Source: a virus (lineage: Duplodnaviria; Caudoviricetes). From it: 42,824 bases of DNA. Below the pieces are notes generated by a model. That model ran no database searches. It had not been told where the DNA came from and worked only from the letters and a program-made list of their open reading frames with translations. The translations under genes were made by a program, and so were the position numbers. The stretch is taken from IMG/VR virus record IMGVR_UViG_3300032233_002377, positions 1-42,824 of that record; one strand, given 5' to 3'. Shown here piece after piece: positions 40,777 to 42,824 of this stretch (position 1 is its first letter; each line of letters begins with the position of its first letter).

Positions 40777-40805
40777 TTAATTCTCCTCTAATTTGGTTTA
40801 AAGAC

Positions 40806-40853
40806 GGGTTTTATAAGGGGTTTTATAAGAATCTTCAAAAGTTTATAAGAATC
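40806..40853. repeat. Short direct repeats with a TTTATAAG core (x3)
   Basis: gggttttataag tandem at 40806 and 40818; tttataagaatc at 40822 and 40842. Confidence 0.6.
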
Positions 40854-40882
40854 ATAAAACTATAAACTTTCTAAAAGGTCAT

Positions 40883-40921
40883 AAAAAGACCCCACAAGAT
40901 CTTTTCAAATCTTATAGGGTC
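40883..40921 (-). terminator. Intrinsic terminator
   Basis: Minus strand GACCCTATAAGAT-TTGAAAAG-ATCTTGTGGGGTC-TTTTT: 13-bp stem with two G-U pairs then a U tract. Confidence 0.7.
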
Positions 40922-40951
40922 ATTCTATCATGTAATGACTGAAAACGTCAA
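40922..40951 (-). promoter_or_regulatory. Sigma70-type promoter
   Basis: TTGACG-18 nt-TAGAAT with extended -10 TGn. Confidence 0.6.
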
Positions 40952-40972
40952 GAACGATACGAGAGACTAGTC

Positions 40973-41725
40973 TCAGATGATTCTAGTCTTTTCATGACCA
41001 ACACGAATCTTTGGATCACACCAAATTTCAAATCCTGCTTCTTTTGCATCAAGACAGAATGAAACATCCTCTCCACACATATCTTGTACTTCACCAGATT
41101 CAAAGACTTGCATCTTTGGTGCAAACCAAGGGTATTCAAGATTCTCAAAGACTCCTTTCTTAATTAATACCCAACCAAATCCTGTATAATCAACTGTAAA
41201 CATCTTACGACGTTTGGCCATAGTCTCTAAGGTTTCGTGATTCATCACTCCACCATTACCCCTAAAATCATCCTCCTCTAACCAATGTGCAACTGATGTG
41301 GTCATTCCATCTTCTGTGCAATACCACCCTGCTGCAATCTCTTTATCCATTCCTACAAGACGATAAAACTTCTCGGTATCAAATACAATATCACTATCAA
41401 TCCATAACTGATAATCATACTGAAGTTTTCCATCCCAAGGTACTTGCTTTGGACCACGTAATACATTTGCTCCAAGTACTTTACACCTAGCAAAGTTTAC
41501 CATCGAAGAATAATCCTGTGAAATTTGAATGCTTGCACCATTTTGTACAAGATCAAAACACAACTGAACAAAGTTCTTCAAGAAAATATATGATACTCCT
41601 CGACCTGGAAGACAAAATACAATCGACTTTCCCCTAATCGTTTCCTTTGCTGCTTCTAAATTAAAGTCATCATCTGATGATGTACTTCTTGGTGCTGCTG
41701 CTTTTACCGTAAAACCTTTTGCCAT
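40973..41725 (-). CDS. GT-A fold glycosyltransferase-like protein
   Basis: IVFCLPG, VNFARC, DYQLWIDSDIVF (DxD), TGFGWVLIKKGVFE, GEDVSFC, VGHEK. Confidence 0.78.
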   Translation of the reverse strand: MAKGFTVKAAAPRSTSSDDDFNLEAAKETIRGKSIVFCLPGRGVSYIFLKNFVQLCFDLVQNGASIQISQDYSSMVNFARCKVLGANVLRGPKQVPWDGKLQYDYQLWIDSDIVFDTEKFYRLVGMDKEIAAGWYCTEDGMTTSVAHWLEEDDFRGNGGVMNHETLETMAKRRKMFTVDYTGFGWVLIKKGVFENLEYPWFAPKMQVFESGEVQDMCGEDVSFCLDAKEAGFEIWCDPKIRVGHEKTRII

Positions 41726-41749
41726 AAAATTTTGAATAGTAACGTTTAC

Positions 41750-41778
41750 ATTCTACCACCGCAAATCAAATCTTGCAA
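41750..41778 (-). promoter_or_regulatory. Sigma70-type promoter upstream of the glycosyltransferase-like gene
   Basis: TTGCAA-17 nt-TAGAAT with extended -10 TGn; late-type CTAAATA also at 41792-41798. Confidence 0.6.
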
Positions 41779-41936
41779 GGTGGTTCTGATTTATTTAGAA
41801 CTACTTGAATATCCTCATCATTCCCCCCAGATGTCCATACAAGTCCTCTGATCATTTTCAGATTCTCCTGTAATTTACTCTGCGGCACTTGCTTTAATAT
41901 TTCATTCCCATTGACAGAAATATTATACGTATTCAT
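41766..41936 (-). CDS. Hypothetical 56-aa protein (not in ORF track)
   Basis: GAGGAAG-ATG; MNTYNISVNGNEILKQVPQSKLQENLKMIRGLVWTSGGNDEDIQVVLNKSEPPCKI*. Confidence 0.65.
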   Translation of the reverse strand: MNTYNISVNGNEILKQVPQSKLQENLKMIRGLVWTSGGNDEDIQVVLNKSEPPCKI

Positions 41937-42075
41937 CTTCCTCTATCTTTCGAAGAAAATCTTCTAATTCCTCTTTCAATGAATTGTTAATAATTAAAAT
42001 CTTATCTGTATCTAATCTATGCTGAATTGTCTCCAATAACAAATCTTTCTCATAATCATCAATCTCTAATCTCAT
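41923..42075 (-). CDS. Hypothetical acidic 50-aa protein (not in ORF track)
   Basis: GGAGAGTAT-ATG; MRLEIDDYEKDLLLETIQHRLDTDKILIINNSLKEELEDFLRKIEEDEYV*. Confidence 0.7.
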   Translation of the reverse strand: MRLEIDDYEKDLLLETIQHRLDTDKILIINNSLKEELEDFLRKIEEDEYV

Positions 42076-42097
42076 ATACTCTCCAAGTTTATTTCTT

Positions 42098-42152
42098 TTT
42101 ATATAGCAAAATCAACTTTTTTGTCAAAAATTTTTCCCAGAAATTTTTTTTT
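42098..42152 (-). promoter_or_regulatory. Sigma70-type (early) promoter with A-tract UP-like element
   Basis: Perfect TTGACA at 42122-42127; TGcTATATAAA 16-18 nt downstream; A9 and A5T5 tracts upstream. Confidence 0.55.
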
Positions 42153-42298
42153 ACTGACGTTCAATTGTTCTCGCACTTTCAAAGTTTTGTAGGTTACAGG
42201 GACCCTTAAAATTAGCTTTGAGGGGGGCATCGGTTTAGTATAAGAATTACACAATAATCGGATATAACTGTCATTTTAACTGTCTAATAACAATAACG

Positions 42299-42492
42299 AA
42301 CTATACCCAGGGTAAGGTATAACGAAGAGGACGATATAAGTGCTTATATAACACTGTGTGATTGTAATACGAAACTATACCCAGGGTAAGGTATAACGAA
42401 CGGAGGGTATAAGATAGTGTAAAGAACTGCTGATAACGAACAGTATAGCACAGAGTGATTAAAATAGCAAACTATACCCAGGGTATGACGAA
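42299..42492. repeat. 28-bp direct repeat x2 plus a degenerate third copy with palindromic core
   Basis: aactatacccagggtaaggtataacgaa at 42299-42326 and 42373-42400; aactatacccagggtatgacgaa at 42470-42492. Confidence 0.9.
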
Positions 42493-42496
42493 CTGC

Positions 42497-42770
42497 TTAT
42501 GTCTTTTCATACTTTATACAACATCTTGGTTTGATTTGTTCTTGTAACTGTGCCTCACAATCAATATCAGCAAACACTGAGAATACAAAGTTCTCTATAC
42601 CAAACTCTGACATATGATAGTGTATACTTTGCACCACGAACTTTTCGTTTGATTTGCCAATAGAACGAACACACGATTTATGAACTTTCCATCTATGTTC
42701 GGGGTTTATACTTTTCCCCACATAAACAATTTCATTAGTAACGATGTTTGTTATAGTATAAGTATAAATT
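42497..42770 (-). CDS. GIY-YIG nuclease domain protein (Seg-like homing endonuclease or remnant); start uncertain
   Basis: IYTYTITNIVTNEIVYVGKS.NPEHRWKVH...FGIENF.F....CEAQL: both tyrosine motifs, catalytic Arg and a downstream Glu; no ATG before the domain in the window. Confidence 0.7.
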
Positions 42771-42771
42771 G

Positions 42772-42824
42772 TTCTCCACAGTTTCTCCACAGTTTCTCCA
42801 CAGTTTCTCCACAGTTTCTCCACA
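42772..42824. repeat. Perfect 11-bp tandem repeat (TTCTCCACAGT), about 4.8 copies, running off the window edge
   Basis: Units start at 42772, 42783, 42794, 42805, 42816. Confidence 0.95.

Noticed and set aside
4311-41148. Alternate-frame minus-strand ORFs nested in real genes (4311-4496, 10537-10749, 13381-13575, 23499-23711, 26002-26193, 29107-29403, 40948-41148)
   Set aside because: Leu/Gln/Met-rich off-frame translations with no motif support.
42027-42209. Plus-strand 60-aa ORF
   Set aside because: Runs through A/T tracts of a promoter region and opposes a better-supported minus-strand ORF.
42299-42492. CRISPR mini-array interpretation of the 28-bp repeats
   Set aside because: Only two perfect repeats, unequal spacers (46 and 69 bp) that resemble each other, and no cas genes; kept as an unexplained repeat.
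42771-42823. MEKLWRNCGETVEKLWR as the true N-terminus of the GIY-YIG protein
   Set aside because: It is the translation of the 11-bp repeat at the window edge; the real start cannot be determined.
1-42824. Stop-codon reassignment, tRNA or rRNA genes
   Set aside because: Very long genes are intact in the standard code and TAA, TAG and TGA all end genes; no cloverleaf or rRNA-like sequence was seen in the short intergenic gaps.

Overview
A 42.8-kb, AT-rich segment of a T4-like myovirus, most consistent with a T4-like cyanophage (Kyanoviridae-type gene order). Essentially all genes are on the minus strand. In transcription order (right to left): a GIY-YIG nuclease ORF and a repeat-rich non-coding region (possible origin); small ORFs with sigma70-type promoters, including a GT-A glycosyltransferase-like gene, two tiny basic peptides and speD; baseplate genes (gp25, gp6, 4253-aa gp7, gp8, a 2500-aa virion protein); neck/tail-completion genes (gp13-15); terminase (gp16, gp17) with two inserted genes (a capsid-targeted modular protein and an NblA-like protein); gp18-gp22; and the 5' part of gp23, which runs off the left edge. 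T4-type late promoters (TATAAATA/NATAAATA) punctuate the structural operons. Most interesting: a compact pseudoknot/anti-Shine-Dalgarno RNA switch candidate between speD and a 57-aa ORF; a G-[IVL]-[GAS]-[TS] motif repeated through external tail proteins near a glycosyltransferase gene (possible virion glycosylation system); and 11-bp DnaA-box-like and 28-bp palindromic repeats at the right end. All family calls are by eye from motifs and synteny; no searches were run.
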